DNA of 64,000 nucleotides from Calditrichota bacterium (GTDB taxonomy: Bacteria > Caldisericota > Caldisericia > UBA6126). A program made the translations under genes and the position numbers. Shown here piece by piece: positions 46,001 through 53,591 of the stretch. Location: contig DAIMET010000002.1 of the NCBI GenBank assembly GCA_036725105.1, positions 5,534-69,533 on the forward strand. Direction: 5' to 3'. The stretch's first letter is position 1, and each line of letters begins with the position of its first letter. Under the pieces are notes generated by a model, which saw nothing but the letters and a program-made list of their open reading frames with translations, did not search any database and was not told the origin of the DNA.

Positions 46001-47739
46001 TTTGTTTGCCCGAAGGAGAATATACTCTGAAACCAGAGAAAAAAGGGTGTGAATTCTATCCTCCCTCCAAACAGATTGAAGTGAAATGCAATACATATGC
46101 AGCTTTTGAGTGGGATGGAAAATCCACTTCTTCAGAAACTCCTACTCTTGTTTACTTTGTTCCCGCAGTTCAGTATGTTGATCAAAATCAAAAAACAGGA
46201 TCGCTCTTCTCACAAGCCATTCACATAGGCAACAAATACAATCCAATATCAGATATCATGGCGATGAAGCTAGTTGTACGATATGATTCTTCTTTCTTTT
46301 CTTTGGACTCTTTGGGTAAAGGAGAGTTGCTTCAAAAAGAAGGGCAAACATCTTTTTTTACATACAAAGAAACTACCCCTGGTGTAATAGAAATTGACAT
46401 TTCTTTTACAAATCAAACCCTCCGTGGTTATGGCACGATTGTTGAGTGTAAACTTTCGCTGAATCAATCACCTGTTGATCTCGCTCCCAATTCGTCCATT
46501 GAGAAGCCTTTTTCAATAATTGAAATAGCCCAGGTGGATATTCGTAATGCACAAGGTGAGAATCTACCCGGAGTTTCTCAAGGACTTTCTTATCTTATCA
46601 GAGAAAAGCACATCTTTAGTATTTGTGATTTTAACAATGATGGGCAGGTGAATTTTGATGATATGATGATCTTTTCTTTTGCATATGATAAGCAAATCTC
46701 TGATGAAGGATGGAAGGAAGAAGACAAATCAATCCCAGGAAGTCCTTTTAAGAATTGTGATATTTGGTCAGATCGAGAACCAGAAACAATACCATCTGAC
46801 TACAAACTGCCAGATGGAGTGATTGATTTTAATGATCTAGTACTATTTAGCATGAATTATCAATACTTCATGCAAACCCCTGTTCAGAATCCTTTAGCCA
46901 AGACTATCCATTTGACCATTGGGACAATGAGTAACAATACATGCTCTGTAGAGTGTATAGTCGCCCAACCTTTGCGTGTAGGAGACCTAGCCATTGTTGA
47001 GATAAGAGCAAAAGATGTTTCTCAAATCCTGCGCGGAGTAGATATATCACTACAATATCCGCGGAAGTTAGTAAGTATTGAAAAAATTGAAGAAGGGGAT
47101 TATTTCTCATCATTACATTCTCAAGGCACATTGTTTGTTCCTAGCATTAAAGAAGACACAGCCAATATCCAGGTTGCGGTTATGGGTGATCCTCAGAGTG
47201 TTCAACCAGAAGGTTGCATTGCAAAAATTAGCATTCGATGTCTTGCAGAAGGCAATCTAACTTTTCCTACATTTCAGTGTACTTTTAGAGATGAAAACAA
47301 TCAAAAAATCGAACCCAGTATCCAACCCTTTCAAGCTGCCATCTCCCAGGCAACAACGAATACGAAAATTGTCCTTCAAATTGGCAGCAAAACAGCATAT
47401 GTAAATGAAGAAGAATTCACCCTAGACGTAGCTCCTGTTATCCTAAGTGGTAGAACGATGGTACCCCTGCGATTTGTGTCCGAATCACTTCAGGCAACAG
47501 TGAATTGGGAAGCAGAAACCAAAACTATTGTGATTCACGATCATAAAAAAGTAATAACCATGACAATTGGTGACGTTAACGTTCACGTAAATGGTCAGCT
47601 ATATGTGCTAGATGTACCACCAGTGATTTTGGAAGGCAGAACAATGGTACCAATTCGGTTTGTATCAGAAGCCCTTGGGGGTTCGGTTTCATGGGATCCG
47701 AAAACACAAACAGTAACCATCCTTGCCCAATTAGACTAA
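43063..47739 (+). CDS. Secreted 1,558-aa modular protein: 10-11 Cys-rich ~90-aa repeats, cohesin-like, dockerin-like, cohesin-like, two stalk domains
   Basis: GGGAGG RBS and signal peptide MKQHVRFFILLLVGLLVFQG. The repeat consensus is GR(I/V)x(V/I)..C..GTSVxIY..G.L...L.....G.FDTGCTLPC...Y.IVPKN..C.F.P..Q......CCP......F.C. Cohesin-like segments are aa ~1027-1165 and ~1280-1425. The dockerin-like loop CDFNNDGQVNFDDMMIF and PDGVIDFNDLVLF fall in aa ~1186-1266. The C-terminal stalk repeats are aa ~1434-1556. Confidence 0.8.
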   Translation: MKQHVRFFILLLVGLLVFQGSFFVNPTALAIPYPGNGSIEGSITPVDCGRGFQITIRNSMGDSLWDGYTDDQGYFSTPYSIPEGIASVEAVKIGCNAWPNPQQVNVKADKKSTVRFSCKCPGYKEKNARIVVYMPVNCLDGTSVRITGISNNQSITITQFNTGGFFDSGCELYCGEQYRVEPINSKCSFSPTSQTVKAECCPSEGRVTFRCSCKEDSGRIVVSMPDQCKSGTSVNIYSENGMLVKTLSGSFDTGCTIPCNQNYKIVPSHPQKTFQPSSQMVRVPCCPDIARVNFTACDQPKGRILIYIAQSCIQGTSVDIFNAQGTLVKSLTTSTSQGFDTGCTLQCGNTYKVVPKNTHFDFSPSSQSLEVKECPSVSELHFQCTPKPEKKGRVIVSLPGECNDTKKAKTSVNVYDSTGSLIQILTQNSSGEYDTGCTLSTEMTYTFVPKNDLCTFTPTKQNLTPKTCPDASRITFQCQCQDTYGRVLVRVTEECYPGTSIEIYDNEGNLYKTLTSINSSGLFDSGCTLPCNQKYEIVPRNKNLVFTPSRKVIPLSCCPESSTISFSCEKEKKYGSISVSMAQKGAQNTTIFIYDQHGDVASVLQKPDQDGIFRSGCTLFGGQSYKVVPKNDHCTFDPPSQTITLSYCPDENKMFFDTDCEESEGRIQIRMSEECAKNTRIHIYNKAGDIITTLSQSDQGVFDTGCTLPCNVFYRIVPENDQYTFTPEFNEIQSLHCCPDINVISFQRNHRKGDGRLLISVPKDCVSFESSITSVYIYDSSGNIVNVLNSVNSDGYFDTGENLHCDEFYKIVPKNPLCTFLPEYQLIQMDCDTNPNVVSFQGSCEKEHGKILIKINGEVEGVVVNIFEQDTNHLILTLTESGPNGFDTGCVLNQDSLYHIVPYKENCTFDPPAIDTHPKDCTNNSALLFSITCKKLCYGGIRGYFVNRFTKGAVIHIFQKDTLLNTIQSSSITGYFDSDFCLPEGEYTLKPEKKGCEFYPPSKQIEVKCNTYAAFEWDGKSTSSETPTLVYFVPAVQYVDQNQKTGSLFSQAIHIGNKYNPISDIMAMKLVVRYDSSFFSLDSLGKGELLQKEGQTSFFTYKETTPGVIEIDISFTNQTLRGYGTIVECKLSLNQSPVDLAPNSSIEKPFSIIEIAQVDIRNAQGENLPGVSQGLSYLIREKHIFSICDFNNDGQVNFDDMMIFSFAYDKQISDEGWKEEDKSIPGSPFKNCDIWSDREPETIPSDYKLPDGVIDFNDLVLFSMNYQYFMQTPVQNPLAKTIHLTIGTMSNNTCSVECIVAQPLRVGDLAIVEIRAKDVSQILRGVDISLQYPRKLVSIEKIEEGDYFSSLHSQGTLFVPSIKEDTANIQVAVMGDPQSVQPEGCIAKISIRCLAEGNLTFPTFQCTFRDENNQKIEPSIQPFQAAISQATTNTKIVLQIGSKTAYVNEEEFTLDVAPVILSGRTMVPLRFVSESLQATVNWEAETKTIVIHDHKKVITMTIGDVNVHVNGQLYVLDVPPVILEGRTMVPIRFVSEALGGSVSWDPKTQTVTILAQLD
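43444..46134 (+). repeat. Array of ten ~84-97-aa Cys-rich coding repeats (protein-level periodicity ~270-290 nt), preceded by a degenerate unit from ~43168
   Basis: Repeat boundaries counted by hand at aa 128, 218, 302, 392, 485, 575, 665, 755, 849, 939 and 1024. Each unit has 4-7 Cys in conserved positions. The DNA copies are diverged and not identical. Confidence 0.75.
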
Positions 47740-47802
47740 TGTAGCTAGTGAAACGAATACGAACCAAGATTGTTTATGGTTCGCATGGAAGTTTGTTAAT
47801 AG

Positions 47803-47844
47803 AAAAGCCAGCTCTTTTCTACACATAGAAGAGCTGGCTTTTTA
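47803..47844. terminator. Bidirectional rho-independent terminator
   Basis: Perfect 14-bp stem AAAAGCCAGCTCTT / AAGAGCTGGCTTTT with a 12-nt loop, A-run upstream and T-run downstream, between convergent genes. Confidence 0.8.
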
Positions 47845-47848
47845 CTTA

Positions 47849-48913
47849 TCAATTCGTAAATGCTTCGATAGCAGGTTCAACGTCATCTACGATGCTATCA
47901 ATTTCACTTTTGTATTGGATAGTAAGATCAGAGTCAACAAACATAAGATATGGAGCGGTACCAAAATAAAGAAGATTGGCAATTGATTTGTCTTGATCAT
48001 AAATAACAGGTTGAGTTCTAGCATAATCACTGACAAATTTAGCAGAGTCTTCTTCATTGGCATCGGTGATAAATATGACTTCAATTCCTAAAGGAACCAA
48101 AAGATCCCGAATAGTACCGCATTTAGATTTACAAGTACCACATCCTACATCGACATAGATGAGAGCGGTTTTTTTGCCATACAAATCCTGCAGTGACCAT
48201 TTTTTACCATTCATATCTACAGCTTGGAAGCTTTTTAGTTGATCACCAACACTTGCAAGAGTAAGACCATTAGGGAATAGCCGATCAAACTCATCAGATC
48301 CTCTTACATAGCGAAATGCTACAGCAAATGTTCGCAAAAAGCTATCTTTAAAGTGTTCAGTGAATACTGATAGATCTTCTTCGTCGGGTTGGAAAATTCC
48401 ATTGTTGCCTACTACATGTTCAATTGTCATGCCTTGAAAGCGTCGAAAATAAGAACCAGTATAGGCTTTTGTTCCCGCTATAGAAAAAGAATCCATTAAA
48501 TTGATAGAATACACGCTCATTTGGGCATCAAATATTACTGTTCCATCTGGAAAACGATCAATAGGAAACTGTACTACATAACCAAGAGATCTTTGCATAC
48601 GGTTATCCCATACTTCGGCGATTGATACGCGATATGACGTCTCAGAATTAACCTGGTCTTTTAAGACAACAGGATTGGACACTGTAAATGCAGCTTTAGA
48701 AGCTGCCATCATCATTTTATCCAATGGAGAACGATCGAAATACAAGCTTTTACCCAAGAAAAAAGCGTTGACTAGGAGTGAAGAAATCAAAATAATCACG
48801 ATCCAAAAAAGAGGATTCTGTTTCGGATTCTTTCTCACTTTCTTGTTAGACGCTGCGTGTATTCTGGATTGATCTTCTTTTGTGGTTTCGTGATTGTACT
48901 TTTTTCTAGCCAT
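47849..48913 (-). CDS. Membrane-anchored TlpA/ResA-like thiol-disulfide oxidoreductase (CGTC) with an extra extracytoplasmic domain
   Basis: Basic cytoplasmic N-terminus, TM helix (LFWIVIILISSLLVNAFFL), and a C-terminal redoxin fold, FQAVDMNGKKWSLQDLYGKKTALIYVDVGCGTCKS. Confidence 0.7.
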   Translation of the reverse strand: MARKKYNHETTKEDQSRIHAASNKKVRKNPKQNPLFWIVIILISSLLVNAFFLGKSLYFDRSPLDKMMMAASKAAFTVSNPVVLKDQVNSETSYRVSIAEVWDNRMQRSLGYVVQFPIDRFPDGTVIFDAQMSVYSINLMDSFSIAGTKAYTGSYFRRFQGMTIEHVVGNNGIFQPDEEDLSVFTEHFKDSFLRTFAVAFRYVRGSDEFDRLFPNGLTLASVGDQLKSFQAVDMNGKKWSLQDLYGKKTALIYVDVGCGTCKSKCGTIRDLLVPLGIEVIFITDANEEDSAKFVSDYARTQPVIYDQDKSIANLLYFGTAPYLMFVDSDLTIQYKSEIDSIVDDVEPAIEAFTN

Positions 48914-50138
48914 GTTTTACAATTTCTTCCTTAATAAAATCTCCAAGGCGTTTTATTGCCTCATGAATTTGTTCAATGGTAGGTTTGGTAAAGTTTAAAC
49001 GAGCAGTATTTTGTCCAGAACCATCTGGGAAAAAGGCTGAACCAGGAATATAGGCAACTTTGTATTTTTCTATTGCAGTGGGGAATATCTCTTGAGTATT
49101 TAAATATTCTGGGAGACTACACCATAAAAACATACCACCATCCGGAGGTAATATTTGTGTTTCTTGGGGGAAATACTTTTTGATAGCATCTAACATGGCA
49201 TCACATTTTTTCGCATAGGATTTACGAATTTCTTCAATATGAGGCCATAAATATCCTTTGCGTAAATAAATATCTGTAGCCATTTGGATGATAACGGGAG
49301 AACATAAATCTACTGCTTGTTTAGCAAGGCTAAATTTTGCCGTGATTTCTTTTGGTGCAACAATCCACCCCAACCGATTACCTGGAGCTAATATTTTCGA
49401 GAAGGTACGCAAGTAAACGACATATTCATTTTCTGTATCAAGGGCTTTCAAAGCCGGGATTGGTTCTCCTTTGTATCGTAGATCACCATATGGATTGTCC
49501 TCAACGATTACAAACCCGTATTCTTTGGCTAGAGCAAGAACCTTTTTTCTTCGTTCAAGGCTCATACAAACCCCACCAGGGTTTTGAAATGTTGGAATCG
49601 TATAGAAGAATTTGATCTTTTTGCCTTCTTTTTTCAAGCGTTTCAAGATTTCTTCAAGTTCTTCCACGGAAGCACCATCTTGGTCAATGCTAACGCATTC
49701 AAATACAGCTCCATAGGTTTTAAAACTCTGAATAGCACTTAGATAAGTTGGTTTTTCAGTAACGACAATGTCCCCATCTTCAAGGAAAACTTGAGACAAT
49801 AAGCTGATGCCTTGTTGAGAGGCGGTAGTAACAATTAAATTGTCCAATGTAATGTTGTGGATACCATCTTTTTTTGAAAGTTCAATGAGTGATTCTCGCA
49901 GGGGTAAATAGCCTGGTGTTTCTCCATATTGCATGGCAACAACGCCATTCTTTTCATTGAGTGCTTCATCCATGCATTCCCGATATTCGCGGATAGGGAA
50001 TAAGGCAGGATCAGGTAATCCGCCACCGAGAGAGATAATACCAGGCTGACTACCCAATTTTAAAAGTTCACGAATGATAGAAGACTTTACACGACCAGCA
50101 CGACTTGAAAAGAAATCATCATAATGTAACATACTCAC
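48906..50138 (-). CDS. PLP-dependent aminotransferase, class I/II (LysN/ARO8-like)
   Basis: SSIIRELLKL..IISLGGGLPDPALFP N-terminal signature. TFSKILAPGNRLGW contains the PLP lysine. Confidence 0.8.
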   Translation of the reverse strand: MSMLHYDDFFSSRAGRVKSSIIRELLKLGSQPGIISLGGGLPDPALFPIREYRECMDEALNEKNGVVAMQYGETPGYLPLRESLIELSKKDGIHNITLDNLIVTTASQQGISLLSQVFLEDGDIVVTEKPTYLSAIQSFKTYGAVFECVSIDQDGASVEELEEILKRLKKEGKKIKFFYTIPTFQNPGGVCMSLERRKKVLALAKEYGFVIVEDNPYGDLRYKGEPIPALKALDTENEYVVYLRTFSKILAPGNRLGWIVAPKEITAKFSLAKQAVDLCSPVIIQMATDIYLRKGYLWPHIEEIRKSYAKKCDAMLDAIKKYFPQETQILPPDGGMFLWCSLPEYLNTQEIFPTAIEKYKVAYIPGSAFFPDGSGQNTARLNFTKPTIEQIHEAIKRLGDFIKEEIVKHG

Positions 50139-51334
50139 ACCTTCCTTTGTGTATTGTTAAAATGAAACTTGTAAAACGAAAACTTTTTGGGATAACAAAC
50201 CTCGATAATAACATATCCATTGTCAGCAAGAGAAAATCCTGTTCTCGAATTTTCTATTGTGTGTTTTCGCCAGATGACATTATCCATCCAATTCAGCTCT
50301 ACAATACCCTTCTGGAAAAAACTAGGGCGGATTTCGCTGTTGGGTTGGAATTGTATGAGAAGGTGAGAGTAGAATACTTGGGCGTTTTCAACCCGATAAC
50401 CAAAAATTTTATTTTCTTGTAACATATTGCCAGAAAGATCATACAATTGAGCTAGCTTTGAAGTTCCAATGAGGACAGAGTCTTTGTGGTGTGAGAAAGA
50501 TAGGGTTTTGACGGGATCTTTCATAGCTCTTTCCCATAATATGACACCATCTAGGTTGATCATGAGAATGGTATGTAAAGGAGACTCTTCTGTATTTTGA
50601 GAAAAATAGATACAGACATCTCCGTTGTTGTTAATATCTTGGAGAAAAGGGTATGAATCTGAGGATGTTTGATTCGAAAAAGACACTTGTTTATTCCAAT
50701 GAACAAAGCCGTAATAACTCATGCACTCTATGCTTCCCTCTTCGGTAGTCCATATGAGTAATTTTCCGTCAGGAGAGGGAGTTATGCGGTATCGAACATG
50801 TGTATTAGGAAGGCTTTTAGGTTCTTCTATGGTGACTCCGTCGGAGTTAGACAAAAAGTAATAACGTTGAAGCTCTCCAAGGGATGAAGCCAAATATCCA
50901 ATTTTACCATCTTGGAAAACCCAGAAATCTTCAATATAAAACTGGTCGGGTTGATAGTATTTTTCCCAGACAATCCGTTGTTCCGTAAGATCAATACAGT
51001 AAACAGAATAGCAGCGGACATACAAAGATGTTTCATCAAAAGCAAAAGCAAGATCTAGAATAGGAAACTGAAACTGATGAGAGAAATATTCTGCACCATC
51101 TTGATTGTAAACATGAACAAAACCATCTTGGTCACCAATAGCTACAAACTTACCATTTGAAGATACTGTATGCGATGAAATCGAGGAGTTTAATTCTTTT
51201 TGCCATAATTGCTGTAAAGATCCTTGAGCAAATGAATTTTTAGAAAATTGGAAAAAGAAAAAAAAGCAGAGAAGAACGAGAGAAAGAATCAAATAATTGG
51301 TCCAATGGTTATGTTTCATTCGTATTGTCTTCAT
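50135..51334 (-). CDS. Exported WD40/PQQ-like beta-propeller protein, unknown function
   Basis: Signal/anchor in MKHNHWTNYLILSLVLLCFFFFFQFSKNSFA/QG, then repeated ..DG.....Y blades (VAIGDQDGFVHVYNQDG). The track start at 51370 lies inside the -35 box of the promoter. The likely start is ATG 51334 (leaderless) or ATG 51319. Confidence 0.6.
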   Translation of the reverse strand: MKTIRMKHNHWTNYLILSLVLLCFFFFFQFSKNSFAQGSLQQLWQKELNSSISSHTVSSNGKFVAIGDQDGFVHVYNQDGAEYFSHQFQFPILDLAFAFDETSLYVRCYSVYCIDLTEQRIVWEKYYQPDQFYIEDFWVFQDGKIGYLASSLGELQRYYFLSNSDGVTIEEPKSLPNTHVRYRITPSPDGKLLIWTTEEGSIECMSYYGFVHWNKQVSFSNQTSSDSYPFLQDINNNGDVCIYFSQNTEESPLHTILMINLDGVILWERAMKDPVKTLSFSHHKDSVLIGTSKLAQLYDLSGNMLQENKIFGYRVENAQVFYSHLLIQFQPNSEIRPSFFQKGIVELNWMDNVIWRKHTIENSRTGFSLADNGYVIIEVCYPKKFSFYKFHFNNTQRKV

Positions 51335-51341
51335 TGAGAAC

Positions 51342-51370
51342 ATTATAGAGAAAAAGAGTAGCATTCTCAA
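51342..51370 (-). promoter_or_regulatory. Near-consensus sigma70 promoter for the beta-propeller/aminotransferase/TlpA-like operon
   Basis: The minus strand reads TTGAGA (51370-51365), 17-nt spacer, TATAAT (51347-51342), then gttctca and ATG 51334. Confidence 0.5.
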
Positions 51371-51416
51371 TTGAATTTCTTACAGCTTTATGAATAACAT
51401 TAGATGATGATTTTAC

Positions 51417-53591
51417 ATGAAAGGAAGAAGTATGTTAGGTACATTCTTGCTCTGGTTCTCTTTAGGTACGGCCTGGATTGCAGTGTTTTTTTGTTTTCGA
51501 AAAACAAAAAACGAGAAAAGTAGTATTTTCATCTTTGTTTTGTTAACTGCATTGCTCGTATTTGTATCATATGGAATGTATATGAACGCGTTTCTCCAGC
51601 ATCAATTTCAGTTTTACAATGTATGGAGCCATTCCAATCGTTCTATGAATACTCTTCAGTTGATTGCTTGTTCGTGGTCAGGACAATCTGGGTCTTTATT
51701 CTTATGGCTTATTTTTACACAGATTGCATTGTTTATTGGACTGAAAGATCGTCTCTTGCGGAATCAAGTTGTTTTCTTTCTGTTGCTTTTGCATAGTCTT
51801 ATCCTTTTGTTACTTTTACAATCAAATCCTTTTTTAGTTCATTCCAGCCCATTCACAGACGGTCTTGGAATGAACCCAGTTCTTAGTCATCCACTTATGG
51901 TTACGCATCCTCCCTTTGCATTTTTATCCTATGCATTCTTAGGCTTGTATTTTAGTGCTAGCATGGGAGCATTACTTAAGAAAACAGATTTTGAATGGAT
52001 AAAGCGATATCATTACACACTCTATATTGCTCTATTTGGGATGACTGTCACAATGATTTTGGGCTCATTGTGGGCATATGAAATAACAGGATGGGGAGGA
52101 TATTGGTCTTTTGATCCGGTTGAAAGCGGGTCTTTATCTCTTTGGTTTGCCATTTTGTTTTTGCTTCATATATACCCTCTTTATATAAAACATCACTTTG
52201 GGAAGATATGGTTTTATGTAGTACCTATCTTTTTCACATTTTCTATATTTTACGTGAGCTTCCTTATTCGCTCGGGATTGTTAGAGTCGTTTACAGCACA
52301 CACTTACGCACAAGGGGGATTGGTTGTGGTGCTCTATGGTATTATATTTCTGTTGCTTGTACTCCCAGGAGTTTTTTTGTGGAGTAAGTACCCACAACTT
52401 ACAAGAAGTAAAAATGAACAAAAAGAGCTGCAAAAACCTCTCGTCACAGAACGGATTCTACATTATTGTTTTGGAGTTTTTGCTTGTATTTTGTTTGTAC
52501 AAGTTACATTACCGGTTTTTACGGACAAGATATTTTTATCTGCCACTCTAATCCAGATTTTTATGATTCTTTTTCTTTTCTTCATTAGTACTTATCTAAT
52601 TCGATTGTTTTTAAGAAAAAAATCACTTTCTTTCTTTCTGCAAGTGCAAGCCTCAACGCTGATCGTATATATGTATATCGTTGCGATATACCCACAGCTT
52701 CGAGATGTTCAATATCCACCACTACATTATTTCAGTATATATATCGGATTTTTATGGAGCTTTTTTTGGATTTTCAGTTCTTTGAAAACGATTTCTTGGA
52801 AAAAGATAGGCTCAATGTTTGTGCATTGTGCCGTGGGTTTCATTCTAGTGGGCGTGTTTATCAACACACCACTGAATACACAAGAAACAGTTTTTTTATC
52901 ACCAAACAAAACCAAAACTGCAGGAAATTATCAATTTGTTGAGAAAGTAGAGAAGCATCAATCTTCCATGTACATTGGTCAAAAAAGAACAATGCATCTT
53001 CTTTGTGAAACTTTCTTAGGTAAAACAGTTCATCTTTGGCCTGCCATATGGAGCTATACCCGGAATTTTACAAATTATACCCTTCCAATTCCAGCTATGA
53101 TGTTTCAACTGAAAGAGGATTTACAAGTGATCCCGCATGGAGAAGTGGGTATTCTTGCACAATTGCATGATACGATTGAAAGAGAGGGTATCTCGTTTCA
53201 CCTTATTCGCTTTGAATCTTCTCCTCTAGAGAATGGTTTTACGTTAGAAAGAGCCACAATTGAATTGAAGAGTCATCTTGATCTCCTGCCAGAAGAAATT
53301 CGATTGCAAAGGCTATTACATCCTAATGGTAAGCAGTTAAACAATGCTTCTGCTTTTTCAACTACTTTGCAAGACTATCTTCACTGGGTAGATACCGTAG
53401 GAGAAAACGCAATTGTGCTAGACACTGAAAAATTTATAGACCAAACAAAGTATGAGATTCAATTCAAACCAGGGATGTTCTGGATACGAACCGCCTACTG
53501 GCTTCTTATGATCGGTTGCCTATTTTTCTTATTCTCCCTGCTGAAGAGGGTATTTAAAAAAAGTAGAAAAACTCGTACAATAATGGAATGA
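51417..53591 (+). CDS. ccmF: Cytochrome c-type biogenesis heme lyase, CcmF/NrfE family
   Basis: WSGQSGSLFLWL, SNPF, GMNPVLSHPLMVTHPPFAFLSY (first conserved His), WWD motif in WAYEITGWGGYWSFDPVESGS, and LIRSGLLESFTAHTYA (second His), with many TM helices. An alternative start is ATG 51432, preceded by AAGGAAG. Confidence 0.8.
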   Translation: MKGRSMLGTFLLWFSLGTAWIAVFFCFRKTKNEKSSIFIFVLLTALLVFVSYGMYMNAFLQHQFQFYNVWSHSNRSMNTLQLIACSWSGQSGSLFLWLIFTQIALFIGLKDRLLRNQVVFFLLLLHSLILLLLLQSNPFLVHSSPFTDGLGMNPVLSHPLMVTHPPFAFLSYAFLGLYFSASMGALLKKTDFEWIKRYHYTLYIALFGMTVTMILGSLWAYEITGWGGYWSFDPVESGSLSLWFAILFLLHIYPLYIKHHFGKIWFYVVPIFFTFSIFYVSFLIRSGLLESFTAHTYAQGGLVVVLYGIIFLLLVLPGVFLWSKYPQLTRSKNEQKELQKPLVTERILHYCFGVFACILFVQVTLPVFTDKIFLSATLIQIFMILFLFFISTYLIRLFLRKKSLSFFLQVQASTLIVYMYIVAIYPQLRDVQYPPLHYFSIYIGFLWSFFWIFSSLKTISWKKIGSMFVHCAVGFILVGVFINTPLNTQETVFLSPNKTKTAGNYQFVEKVEKHQSSMYIGQKRTMHLLCETFLGKTVHLWPAIWSYTRNFTNYTLPIPAMMFQLKEDLQVIPHGEVGILAQLHDTIEREGISFHLIRFESSPLENGFTLERATIELKSHLDLLPEEIRLQRLLHPNGKQLNNASAFSTTLQDYLHWVDTVGENAIVLDTEKFIDQTKYEIQFKPGMFWIRTAYWLLMIGCLFFLFSLLKRVFKKSRKTRTIME

